DNA from: a virus
Taxonomy: Duplodnaviria; Heunggongvirae; Uroviricota; Caudoviricetes
Reading direction: 5' to 3' (one strand)
Length of the DNA: 15,282 bases
IMG/VR virus record: IMGVR_UViG_2740892031_000004
The notes under the pieces were generated by a model. That model was not told the origin of the DNA, did no database searches, and was given only the letters and a program-made list of their open reading frames with translations. Positions 1 to 7,193 of this stretch are shown here, in pieces. A program made the translations under genes and the position numbers. Positions within the stretch are counted from its first letter, which is position 1. Each line of letters begins with the position of its first letter.

Positions 1-65
1 ATACAACGCCTTCTTCCATCATTCCTCGTCAGCCATGACAAAAATATAACCGCTGGCTCTTTCAT
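1..65 (-). CDS. partial hypothetical ORF; start codon in window, runs off the left edge
   Basis: ATG at 63-65 (minus) with AGGAG about 5 nt upstream; frame stays open to position 1 (MKEPAVIFLSWLTRNDGRRRC...). Only 21 codons visible. Confidence 0.3.
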   Translation of the reverse strand, partial: MKEPAVIFLSWLTRNDGRRRC

Positions 66-102
66 TTTTCTCCTGCGTCCAGCCCCTCTCTACCTGGAAG
101 CA

Positions 103-429
103 TCAAAGACGTGACGGCGTAAAGATAAATTGTCTCTTCACTCCCTGACAGGGGCGATTCTTTTCAAATCGCCATTTCGCCATGGCCTTCACCACTTCAT
201 CACGAAACAAATTATGAGGCTCTGAGCGGAGAAAAACGATCCGTGTCACAGTCCCATCAGCACCAATATCGAACTTAACCTCAACCAGCCCCTTGATATA
301 ATTTGCTGCAGCATATTCCGGATATCGTGGATACACCGTCACTAATTGCCGGGGCTCATCAGCTTTTTGCTGCGAGCATCCCACTGCCAGGACAGATAAC
401 AGAAAAAGTAGTAAAAGGCGTCTTTTCAT
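103..429 (-). CDS. lipoprotein with TonB C-terminal domain (108 aa)
   Basis: ATG at 427-429 with AGGA 8 nt upstream. N-terminus MKRRLLLLFLLSVLAVGC is a signal peptide with lipobox LAVGC. The remainder matches the TonB_C pattern (VYPRYPEYA...IKGLVEVKFDIGADGTV...FLRSEPHNLFRDEVVKAMAKWRFE). The ORF track extends to a GTG at 483, but the internal ATG with RBS and signal peptide is the better start. Confidence 0.7.
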   Translation of the reverse strand: MKRRLLLLFLLSVLAVGCSQQKADEPRQLVTVYPRYPEYAAANYIKGLVEVKFDIGADGTVTRIVFLRSEPHNLFRDEVVKAMAKWRFEKNRPCQGVKRQFIFTPSRL

Positions 430-739
430 TTTTATTCCTACGGGTCTTATTCTGACAATATATCCTGTGTTCCAGACTGCCACATCACCACATCCTGTGC
501 CATTATCTGACTCACATTACATACATCGCATCGGGATACAGTAGTAGCACTTTCTGTAATACAGCTTCCTGTTTCTTCCACCATCGCACCGGGATAAACC
601 CGCGAATCATTAACGCGGTAAAAACCCGGTGTGCATCGTTTTTAATTATCCCCGCACACTCGCGCAGAGGAGTCTCCCTGTCGGGCTGCGGTCTCTGTTA
701 ATGAGGGAATATAGCGACGATACGGCGCATCAACAAAAC

Positions 740-1213
740 TTATTTCAGGCACTGAGTGCGGATATAGTCCTGTGCCCCTTCCAGTTGCTTGTGCATCGTC
801 ATCAGCCGCTCTCTGAGGGTGAAATAATCCCGTGTAACGGTGTCTGCCAGTTGGGGGCCGGTTGCATTATCCACGCCGGAGGTGGTGGGGGCTTCACGCA
901 CGGAGCCTGGACAGGTGGCGTTGATCCGCAGGCGCTTACGACCAGCGGCAACGTCAGCGCGAAGAGTTTCATTTTCAGCTCTCGCATCGGCTAATTCCCT
1001 CGAGTATTTTGCATCGAGCGCAGCAACATCGCGCTGGCGCACCTGCATATCAGTAATGGTTGCGTTCGCCAGCTTCAGTTCACTGGCTTTGTTATCGCGC
1101 TGCGCTTTGTAGGTAATCGCGTTATCACGGTAATGGTCTGTTGCCATCCACAGCGCACCACAGGCCACCAGCAGAATAACGATAAACGCGGAAAGCATTC
1201 GGTTTATGTTCAC
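740..1213 (-). CDS. Rz: i-spanin Rz (lysis cassette)
   Basis: Translation closely matches recalled lambda Rz ([74 protein letters not shown]). Start ambiguous: GTG at 1211-1213 overlaps the upstream stop, or ATG at 1196-1198. Confidence 0.9.
   Translation of the reverse strand: MNINRMLSAFIVILLVACGALWMATDHYRDNAITYKAQRDNKASELKLANATITDMQVRQRDVAALDAKYSRELADARAENETLRADVAAGRKRLRINATCPGSVREAPTTSGVDNATGPQLADTVTRDYFTLRERLMTMHKQLEGAQDYIRTQCLK
802..987 (-). CDS. Rz1: o-spanin Rz1, embedded in Rz in the +1 frame
   Basis: [22 protein letters not shown] is a lipoprotein signal with lipobox; the proline-rich [26 protein letters not shown] matches recalled lambda Rz1. Lies entirely inside Rz. Confidence 0.85.
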   Translation of the reverse strand: MRELKMKLFALTLPLVVSACGSTPPVQAPCVKPPPPPAWIMQPAPNWQTPLHGIISPSESG

Positions 1214-1341
1214 CCCAGCAACCCCGACGAAGACAACATCATCCAGGCCATGGAAAGAAAAAGAGCAACCAGCATTAGTGAAAATGAAATGCCGACAATT
1301 ACACAGAGGATCTTCGCCAGCGTTATGAGTTTGTCTGACAT
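1210..1341 (-). CDS. small hydrophobic protein (43 aa), unknown function
   Basis: ATG at 1339-1341 with GGGAGG just upstream; [43 protein letters not shown] is essentially one transmembrane helix. Stop TGA overlaps the Rz GTG. Sits between endolysin and Rz. Confidence 0.4.
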   Translation of the reverse strand: MSDKLITLAKILCVIVGISFSLMLVALFLSMAWMMLSSSGLLG

Positions 1342-1355
1342 GCTTAATCCTCCCT

Positions 1356-1538
1356 TCACGATTTCAACGCAATGACCAGTTTTGCCAGCCCATACAGCAT
1401 CGGGGACACAGCAACACCGACCGCCACCCACTTAATGGCAAAAGCCAGTGCTCTGCTGATGTCATCAGTTACAGGCGCTTTCAGTTCAAGGCCATTTTTC
1501 ATAGTCAACCTCAACAGAATTCGTTTACACTTCGCCAT
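1356..1538 (-). CDS. small protein (60 aa) with C-terminal hydrophobic segment, unknown function
   Basis: ATG at 1536-1538 with AAGGGAG 4 nt upstream; [60 protein letters not shown]. The ORF-track version extends to a GTG at 1571. Confidence 0.4.
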   Translation of the reverse strand: MAKCKRILLRLTMKNGLELKAPVTDDISRALAFAIKWVAVGVAVSPMLYGLAKLVIALKS

Positions 1539-1694
1539 GTTCTCCCTTGCCTTACTCAAGGTCAGAAACACAAAACCTCGCTTGGTGCCAACAAACGGGG
1601 TTTTTACTTTTATTCACTTACGTTTCGCCAGTTCGCAGGATTTCGTGTTATCCGCCCGCGTGGCCATTCCTCATTTTTCAGCAAAATATTCTGC

Positions 1695-2228
1695 TTATCT
1701 GTCGATACCCCAGCACGCCAGCGCGCTCTCCTGGTCACGACGGGATACCTGACCGTAACAGTTGTTTGAACGAATACGGCAGTCTCTGCCACCGTCCTTA
1801 ATCCACCAGCGAATCGCTTCGCAGGCACCTTTTCGATCACCAGCATTAATTCGTCTGTAAAACGTCGACGGGAAACACTTACCGGGACCAATGTTGTACG
1901 GACAGAATGACGCGATCCCCGCTTTCTGGGGTTCGGTCAGCGGCACTCTGATGTTTTTCTCCACCCACGCCAGCGCTTTATCACGCTCAATGGCGTTAAC
2001 CTGGTCGCATTTTTCCTTCGACAACTTCATGCCCGGAACGACAGGTTTGCCATCCACCATGATGGCACCACGGCAGATGGTCCAGATACCTGCACCATCA
2101 CGGTATGCTGTGGTGTGGTTGCCTTCCTTTTCATCCAGAAACTGGTCGAGAATGTCAGGCGCAGGCGCACCAGCGGCAATCAGCGCCAGAACGGCAGCCG
2201 ACAGGCCGTATTTGATTTTGGTGTTCAT
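1695..2228 (-). CDS. R: phage lysozyme (T4-lysozyme / GH24 family) with N-terminal SAR-type hydrophobic segment
   Basis: 177 aa. N-terminal GLSAAVLALIAAGAPA hydrophobic stretch, then a Glu-8aa-Asp-5aa-Thr catalytic signature (DEKEGNHTTAYRDGAGIWTICRG) as in P1 Lyz / R21-type SAR endolysins. ATG at 2226-2228; no obvious SD in the AT-rich 36-nt spacer upstream. Confidence 0.9.
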   Translation of the reverse strand: MNTKIKYGLSAAVLALIAAGAPAPDILDQFLDEKEGNHTTAYRDGAGIWTICRGAIMVDGKPVVPGMKLSKEKCDQVNAIERDKALAWVEKNIRVPLTEPQKAGIASFCPYNIGPGKCFPSTFYRRINAGDRKGACEAIRWWIKDGGRDCRIRSNNCYGQVSRRDQESALACWGIDR

Positions 2229-2264
2229 GGATATATTAAATATTCAGCCGCTGTCCCTGGCCCA

Positions 2265-3155
2265 CTAAATACGCACTTTAAGATAAGTCAGCCCCGGATG
2301 AAGCCAGTAAGCCGGCACTTTTTTAAAGGGTGGAGTATTAAAATCACGAAGAAGAGCCTCCCGCACAATTGCATCCTTATCAGCACCACTGGCCAGCGCT
2401 TCAATCTCAGCGGCTACCTGAAGATATCCCATGCAACGGCCAACGCGCTTCATCAGCCCCTGCTTTTTATTGTTCTTCAGGTAATCAATGGCAAATTCAA
2501 TGAGCTCCTCACTGTGCTGGTGCGATGGAGGTGTTACTTTCCCATTTTCTGAGATGGTTATTTTCCCAGCATCACCGGATACAACAAAGGATGGCCGGTT
2601 ACACTCCCATTCCAGCTCACTGAAATTATCATTATGAATACTGAAACACTCTGCGAGATTTCTGCTCATCACTTTCCGACAATAATCGTCAAACGCAGCA
2701 AACTGCTTTTCATCACCAGAAGGCACCAATATCGACCATTTCTTATTCAGCTCAACGACGTAGCTCTCCAGTTTTTCAATACGTGATTCAACATCATCTT
2801 TTTCTGACCGCAGTGTTGACGGCGGCATCTTCAGAGAACAAGTAATTCTTCCCGGTAGCTTTCCTTTGTAGGTTATCAACACATCCTGCGCCTCTAAAAT
2901 TACGGGGCGCTTTTCCGGCAACGGTTCGTTCCATTCACATAACCCGGCAGCAACATCCATGAAAAACTGCTTCGCCTGCTTTTTCGCCTCAGCTTCGTAA
3001 AACTCCAGCGTGGCACCTTCAGTACGGTCAAGACTAATCGCCACATCTGGCAACAACAGCGACGCTTGCCCGTCACCTTCCGGCTTCACAGTAACAGTAA
3101 CCTTATCCCCGTAATTATTTATCCCCTTAACAACCAGTTCATATTTTTTATTCAT
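2265..3155 (-). CDS. hypothetical protein (296 aa) inserted between holin and endolysin; no recognised domain
   Basis: Long clean ORF. ATG at 3153-3155 lies 4 nt after the holin TAA stop (3160-3162), with a GGGGAGAG SD inside the holin 3' end. No signal peptide or transmembrane segment seen. I do not recognise the sequence. Confidence 0.7.
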   Translation of the reverse strand: MNKKYELVVKGINNYGDKVTVTVKPEGDGQASLLLPDVAISLDRTEGATLEFYEAEAKKQAKQFFMDVAAGLCEWNEPLPEKRPVILEAQDVLITYKGKLPGRITCSLKMPPSTLRSEKDDVESRIEKLESYVVELNKKWSILVPSGDEKQFAAFDDYCRKVMSRNLAECFSIHNDNFSELEWECNRPSFVVSGDAGKITISENGKVTPPSHQHSEELIEFAIDYLKNNKKQGLMKRVGRCMGYLQVAAEIEALASGADKDAIVREALLRDFNTPPFKKVPAYWLHPGLTYLKVRI

Positions 3156-3159
3156 CACT

Positions 3160-3375
3160 TTACTCTCCCCGCGCCGCCTTACGCCGGTCCTCTTTGATTT
3201 TGAAATACAGGTTAGTCAGGTACGTCAGCAGCCCAAACAGCAGACTCCCCAGCACGCCTATTGCCGCCCACTGAGACGGGGAAACCCTGTCCAGCAACTG
3301 CAGGAACCAGTAGCCCGTTCCCACCGCTGACGTGGTGTATGACACACCTGTTGTGATTTTTTCCATCTGGTACAT
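3160..3375 (-). CDS. S: class II holin, phage-21 S21 pinholin type, with dual-start motif
   Basis: [71 protein letters not shown] is near-identical in pattern to recalled S21 / EssD. Two in-frame ATGs (3373-3375 and 3364-3366) fit the holin/antiholin dual-start arrangement; GGGAGA SD upstream. Confidence 0.85.
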   Translation of the reverse strand: MYQMEKITTGVSYTTSAVGTGYWFLQLLDRVSPSQWAAIGVLGSLLFGLLTYLTNLYFKIKEDRRKAARGE

Positions 3376-3451
3376 ACCCCGTCTCCCGTTATCCGGAAGC
3401 TCACAACAATATAAAGACCACCGGCACACACCGATGGTCCCTTGCGCAGGC

Positions 3452-3697
3452 TTACATCATCATGTCGCTGTCAGGTGTGGGTTCACCGCCATCTGAAGCA
3501 CTCCCGTCACCCGCGATACCTTCCGGCTCCGGAACCGCTGGTACGCCCAGCAGCTCATCCAGAATGGCATCCACTTCTGCATCAAGACGCGCCTCAAGGT
3601 TCTGGCGGAGTTTCTGTTTCAGTGCGCTCAGGACTTCTTCAGAGCGCAGGACTTCCTTCACTGCCTCAGCAGTGACCAGGGATGTGATTTCTGACAT
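3452..3697 (-). CDS. small acidic hypothetical protein (81 aa)
   Basis: ATG at 3695-3697; [51 protein letters not shown]... with an acidic, Pro/Gly-rich tail ending MMM. Resembles the small conserved ORFs found just upstream of S in Stx-type prophages (family not confirmed). Confidence 0.5.
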   Translation of the reverse strand: MSEITSLVTAEAVKEVLRSEEVLSALKQKLRQNLEARLDAEVDAILDELLGVPAVPEPEGIAGDGSASDGGEPTPDSDMMM

Positions 3698-3734
3698 GGG
3701 ATTTTCTCGTTGAAAGGTGTTGTCAAGAAAGTGA

Positions 3735-3917
3735 CTACGGAATGAGCGGATCTTCGGGTTTGCTTCCGGCTGACTGACTGGCGCTGATTCTCTCAGCGGC
3801 CCTTTTATCAATCTGCCTGCGCCAGAAATCGCGCACTGCCCTGTACCCACCCGAAAGAAGATACATAACACAGACTGCCATACAGAAGTACAGCATTACC
3901 TGATGAATAAATGTCAT
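3735..3917 (-). CDS. small putative membrane protein (60 aa)
   Basis: ATG at 3915-3917 with weak SD; N-terminal hydrophobic helix (VMLYFCMAVCVMYLLSGG) followed by a basic tail. Confidence 0.35.
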   Translation of the reverse strand: MTFIHQVMLYFCMAVCVMYLLSGGYRAVRDFWRRQIDKRAAERISASQSAGSKPEDPLIP

Positions 3918-3935
3918 AATTTCTTACCGTTATGG

Positions 3936-3941
3936 TTGACA
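3936..3941 (+). promoter_or_regulatory. candidate -35 hexamer (TTGACA) for a short + strand transcript
   Basis: Exact TTGACA consensus at 3936-3941, but only weak -10 candidates 16-18 bp downstream (TTAGAA / TAGAAA). Confidence 0.2.
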
Positions 3942-4015
3942 ATGAGAACTGTTTTCATTTAGAAATGATTGATGTCGAAAGCATCTTTTCTTTACATTCT
4001 CCATTGGGATTACCT

Positions 4016-4052
4016 CCGCCAGCTTCCATTCCTGCCGCTGGCGGCTTTTTTT
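4016..4052 (+). terminator. intrinsic terminator on + strand, convergent with nanS-p 3' end
   Basis: 8-bp stem CCGCCAGC (4016-4023) / GCTGGCGG (4037-4044), then a T7 run (4046-4052). On the minus strand the run is A7 upstream of the hairpin, so this acts only for + strand transcription. Confidence 0.45.
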
Positions 4053-4053
4053 A

Positions 4054-6015
4054 TCATGCCGCGATGTCCGCGTTGTTCACTTCCACCTTCACACTGTCAA
4101 TCAGCAGCGTATATGTCGCCGCCTTTGATATGCCTGTCAGTTGCAGTTTGTCCGCCGCCCCTGATGCCGGAGATTTCACCAGTGTGAACGGCGTCCCCCG
4201 TTTCTCATCCAGTACCGGCGTCACCTGAATGCTGTTGTTTCCGGCAAACTCAAAAGCCAGTGTGTGCCATCCGTTATCAAAGACCCCGAACGTATCCAGC
4301 TTCGCATTCGGCTTCTTGTGGTGCATCGCGTTCAGGTTCGTCGCATCCGTCTGCAGGAAGAAGGACATCAGCATGTCGTTGCCTTCCTCTGCCAGCGTCA
4401 CTCCCTCCGGCAGGGACGACAACTGCCAGTAAATGCCCAGGGCAAACTGATTCGGCACCAGTGAACCCGGCAACTTAAACCGTACGCTCACACGTCCCCC
4501 CTTCTTCAGTAACTCCACTCCCTGTCCGGCTGCATCATGCTCCAGAAACCAGATGTGGTTTTCCGGTTTATTCAGTTGCAGGGCCTTACCTCCCGTAGCC
4601 CCCGCATCACTGACCACCGCTTCAGCAATGTTTTTGTTAACATTGTCTCCGCTCGCCGGTTTGTGATAATAGCGCCAGCCCTGTGATGCCAGGTCTTCGC
4701 CGGACGCCAGCAGACTCATCAGGGTTCGGTTACTGACCGGGGCTTCCGGCTCTCTCTCCGTACCTTCACCGGAAGGTCCGGTGGGCTTCACCGTATCAGG
4801 CTGTTTTCCGGTAATGAATTCAGCGTTTCTCCCGGCATGCACAAGAATCGCCGTTGCCAGACGGTCGGAAATAATCCCACGACGTGCCCATGATCCAAAA
4901 TGCGTTTTACGGTCGGCCGTCGTCCAGGTTTTGGCGTCCGTTCGACCACCGGCTCCGTAATACCCAATATCCGCAACATCCGGATCTTCTGACGGCTCGT
5001 TGGTACCCACATTTCGCCCGTTTTCATCCGTCATAAACGGCACAAAGAAGATTTTTTTTGCGGATTTCGTCTTGTATGCACCATACACCGCATCGTATTG
5101 CGAAGAATAAGTCTGCTTCCAGTAGTAGGTCGTGTCGCCACAAATCCAGGGAACCGATGACGGAGAGCCCCCGAGACACTGACCTCCGAATTCCGACAGG
5201 TCAGAACGATATTTTTCCACCATGGAATCAAACAGCCCCGGCTGAGTGGCGTATGCACCCTGTTTCAAATCAAACTCGCCCTGCATCCAGACCACTGCAA
5301 GCAGAATATTTTTAGGGTTGGCCTTCAGTGCGGCCTGAGTACGGGTAAGCAGGTCCTTGTACAGTGGCTTATCAACACCCCAGCGTGCCGAGGTCTCGCT
5401 TGCGCTGGTGGATTCGCTGAAGGTACCTTCATCGCCCGCCAAAAATGCAGAACCACCACGGCAGCACGGAACCAGAAGAATACCGGCATTCGCCGGAATA
5501 AACGGCAACAATTTCTTCGCGATATGTAATCCCTGCCCCACGCATCCATACTGAGCTGCGCTGGCTTTCGGGTGTGAAAACTTACTCAAATCCTGAACAT
5601 CATGCAGGCAGTGGTCCGCAGGAATAATGTCATTGTAGTTACAGGACGCACCACCCGGCGTGACAGTGCTGCGACGCGCCAGCTGTTTAATACGCGGGTC
5701 CGGACGGTCATATGTCTCCGGCAGCGGAAGCCCTTCACCATACGCCATACCGTTTGACCGCCCGGCTAGGGCAACAACAAAGTAATACTCCGGGTTGCTG
5801 GTGGTGCTGATAACTGCGCCTTCTCCATCCGACGGCTTCACCACCACAGGTGTGGTGACATCACCTTCCGCCGCAATGGCCTGCATCAGGGTATAAGGCG
5901 TGATGGCCACCGGACTGCCAAATGGCTGCCACCCCTCCTTCAGTTTTTGTGTCAGTCGTTTCGCAAGGTCTGACGGCGATGCCGCCCTGACAACATCATA
6001 GTGTTTAAATGCCAT
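4054..6015 (-). CDS. nanS-p: prophage NanS-p-type sialate O-acetylesterase (DUF1737 N-terminus plus SASA esterase region)
   Basis: 653 aa from ATG at 6013-6015 (ORF track gives 658 aa from 6030, which lacks an SD). N-terminus MAFKHYDVV...EGWQPFGSPV matches the DUF1737 pattern seen in the large yjhS/nanS-like proteins downstream of stx in EHEC prophages. Same position relative to Q and S as in Stx phages. Confidence 0.75.
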   Translation of the reverse strand: MAFKHYDVVRAASPSDLAKRLTQKLKEGWQPFGSPVAITPYTLMQAIAAEGDVTTPVVVKPSDGEGAVISTTSNPEYYFVVALAGRSNGMAYGEGLPLPETYDRPDPRIKQLARRSTVTPGGASCNYNDIIPADHCLHDVQDLSKFSHPKASAAQYGCVGQGLHIAKKLLPFIPANAGILLVPCCRGGSAFLAGDEGTFSESTSASETSARWGVDKPLYKDLLTRTQAALKANPKNILLAVVWMQGEFDLKQGAYATQPGLFDSMVEKYRSDLSEFGGQCLGGSPSSVPWICGDTTYYWKQTYSSQYDAVYGAYKTKSAKKIFFVPFMTDENGRNVGTNEPSEDPDVADIGYYGAGGRTDAKTWTTADRKTHFGSWARRGIISDRLATAILVHAGRNAEFITGKQPDTVKPTGPSGEGTEREPEAPVSNRTLMSLLASGEDLASQGWRYYHKPASGDNVNKNIAEAVVSDAGATGGKALQLNKPENHIWFLEHDAAGQGVELLKKGGRVSVRFKLPGSLVPNQFALGIYWQLSSLPEGVTLAEEGNDMLMSFFLQTDATNLNAMHHKKPNAKLDTFGVFDNGWHTLAFEFAGNNSIQVTPVLDEKRGTPFTLVKSPASGAADKLQLTGISKAATYTLLIDSVKVEVNNADIAA

Positions 6016-6208
6016 GGTTCTTTCCACCATCTGAAAAATAATTCTTTAAAATACCTGACATGTAATACAGAAAAAACACAAAACCATACCTTAAATAAAA
6101 ACCTCATCATCAAGCAGATATGCATGGATAAACTACAAGACGAGATATAAACCACCCTGCATTTAAATAAACAATAAACAACATCAGAAAAATAATTCTG
6201 CTCTATGG

Positions 6209-6235
6209 TTTACATTCAAAAATATCATTTATACT
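6209..6235 (+). promoter_or_regulatory. candidate sigma70 promoter for the AT-rich + strand ORF
   Basis: -35 TTTACA (6209-6214), 15-bp spacer, -10 TATACT (6230-6235), about 40 nt upstream of the ATG at 6276. Confidence 0.3.
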
Positions 6236-6275
6236 TTTCAGAACATCACCAGCAAGACATAAACAAGGAAACTAA

Positions 6276-6611
6276 ATGAAGTGGATTGTGATTGATACAG
6301 TTATCCAGCCATCATGCGGAATATCTTTTTCAGTCATATGGAGTAAAATAAAATTAATAATCTGGTATCAATCGGATGCTTTCTTACCTCCTGAAAGTAT
6401 ATTTACACTGACTCACACAGGTATCATGCTCAATAACAAAGTGCTACCTGTAACCATTTACAACGTAGCACCATTCAATAAAACATTCTGGAATTTAATC
6501 AAAAACAGCCAGGAATGTCCTACAAATACAGATAACGTATTGAATGAATGCTTTAATAACCGTTGCACTCTGCAAATATGTCCTTATGGACTAAAACAAC
6601 AAAGTCCATAA
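6276..6611 (+). CDS. hypothetical protein (111 aa) in an AT-rich islet; only convincing + strand gene outside IS2
   Basis: ATG at 6276 with AAGGA SD 6 nt upstream. The AT-rich coding sequence contrasts with flanking phage genes. C-terminal cysteine cluster (C81, C92, C97, C102). Stop codon lies inside a perfect 12-bp hairpin. No homolog recognised. Confidence 0.45.
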   Translation: MKWIVIDTVIQPSCGISFSVIWSKIKLIIWYQSDAFLPPESIFTLTHTGIMLNNKVLPVTIYNVAPFNKTFWNLIKNSQECPTNTDNVLNECFNNRCTLQICPYGLKQQSP

Positions 6612-6614
6612 GGA
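6581..6614 (+). other. perfect 12-bp inverted repeat (hairpin) overlapping the stop of the + strand ORF
   Basis: TCCTTATGGACT (6581-6592), 10-nt loop, AGTCCATAAGGA (6603-6614). No strong U-tract on either side, so possibly a weak terminator or a protein-binding palindrome. Confidence 0.35.
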
Positions 6615-6625
6615 GTTTACTCACA

Positions 6626-6667
6626 TCTGACAAAATCAATATAAACAGCCCCTCCGGAGAGGGGCTG
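6626..6667 (-). terminator. candidate intrinsic terminator (minus strand)
   Basis: GC-rich 9-bp stem CAGCCCCTC / GAGGGGCTG (6646-6667) with 4-nt loop, followed on the minus strand by UUUAUAUUGAUUUUG. Confidence 0.4.
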
Positions 6668-6981
6668 GAGAGTGGCGCTATGTGCCATTGCATGATGCCG
6701 GGTGCCTCCCGGTGAGTTCAGTATCAGCACCTGAACCCGCACAGAAAGGATAAGGGTCGGTGACAAAACACCAGTTGCTGATTGCCCCTCCGCACAGGGG
6801 GATTCACCATGCCAGTTTCTTTTAACAAACTCCCCGCAAACCAGACAACAGTCAACCGCCTGAATTGTGAGGTATTTAAAAATTTCTCCAGATAACTGAT
6901 ACCCGGCTAACAGTCTGGCGTTTTCTTTTTCAGCAACGGGAAAGCAACAACCACCACACCCACCAGCCGCCCATTTACCAC

Positions 6982-7008
6982 AAATAAAAAAGCCTTCAGG
7001 ACTGAAGG
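6982..7008 (-). terminator. candidate intrinsic terminator (minus strand) at the end of the small ORF
   Basis: Stem CCTTCA / TGAAGG (6993-7008) followed on the minus strand by CTTTTTTATTTG (complement of 6982-6992). Confidence 0.45.
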
Positions 7009-7193
7009 TGTCTGTAACAACCAAACTGATAGTCTGCCAGACCCGCCATAACAAGCTGGGTCAGTATTAACTGGCAGCGTTCGCGTGAAAGGTAAGTATT
7101 CTGTGCAATCTCCCCGACTGTCGCCGGTTCGGTGACGCTTAACTCATTAAACACCACTCTGGCGGTTTCGGTCATATCCTGCTGTTTTAGCAT
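6996..7193 (-). CDS. small protein (65 aa) with helix-turn-helix-like segment
   Basis: ATG at 7191-7193 with AAGGGAAAAAG upstream; MLKQQDMTETARVVFNELSVTEPATVGEIAQNTYLSRERCQLILTQLVMAGLADYQ... The ORF track extends to an ATG at 7314-7316 that abuts the terminator T-run and has no SD. Confidence 0.4.
   Translation of the reverse strand: MLKQQDMTETARVVFNELSVTEPATVGEIAQNTYLSRERCQLILTQLVMAGLADYQFGCYRHLQS

Noticed and set aside
629-1112. Plus-strand ORFs 629-994 and 840-1112
   Set aside because: Antisense to the well-supported Rz/Rz1 genes; Pro/Gly/Arg-rich translations typical of antisense frames.
1133-2552. ORFs 1133-1375 (+), 1372-1752 (+), 1547-1801 (+), 1610-1891 (-), 1891-2268 (+), 2115-2552 (+)
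   Set aside because: Overlap the endolysin or the small membrane genes in other frames or on the other strand, with no SD support.
3442-4228. Plus-strand ORFs 3442-3675, 3462-3713, 3932-4228, 3969-4187
   Set aside because: Antisense to the 81-aa gene or running into the nanS-p 3' end; low-complexity Ser/Pro/Arg-rich translations. The 3932-4228 frame crosses the + strand terminator.
4229-5554. Several 65-85 aa ORFs on both strands inside nanS-p (4229-4432, 4260-4478, 4264-4464, 4788-5027, 5031-5258, 5058-5315, 5325-5549, 5357-5554)
   Set aside because: All lie within or antisense to the long nanS-p reading frame with no independent signals; typical spurious ORFs.
5952-6155. 67-aa minus-strand ORF spanning the nanS-p start
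   Set aside because: Overlaps the nanS-p N-terminus in another frame and extends into the A-rich non-coding run.
6617-7054. 145-aa minus-strand ORF from the track
   Set aside because: Runs through two terminator hairpins, has no start codon with an SD, and reads as a low-complexity Cys/Gly-rich translation. Treated as non-coding.
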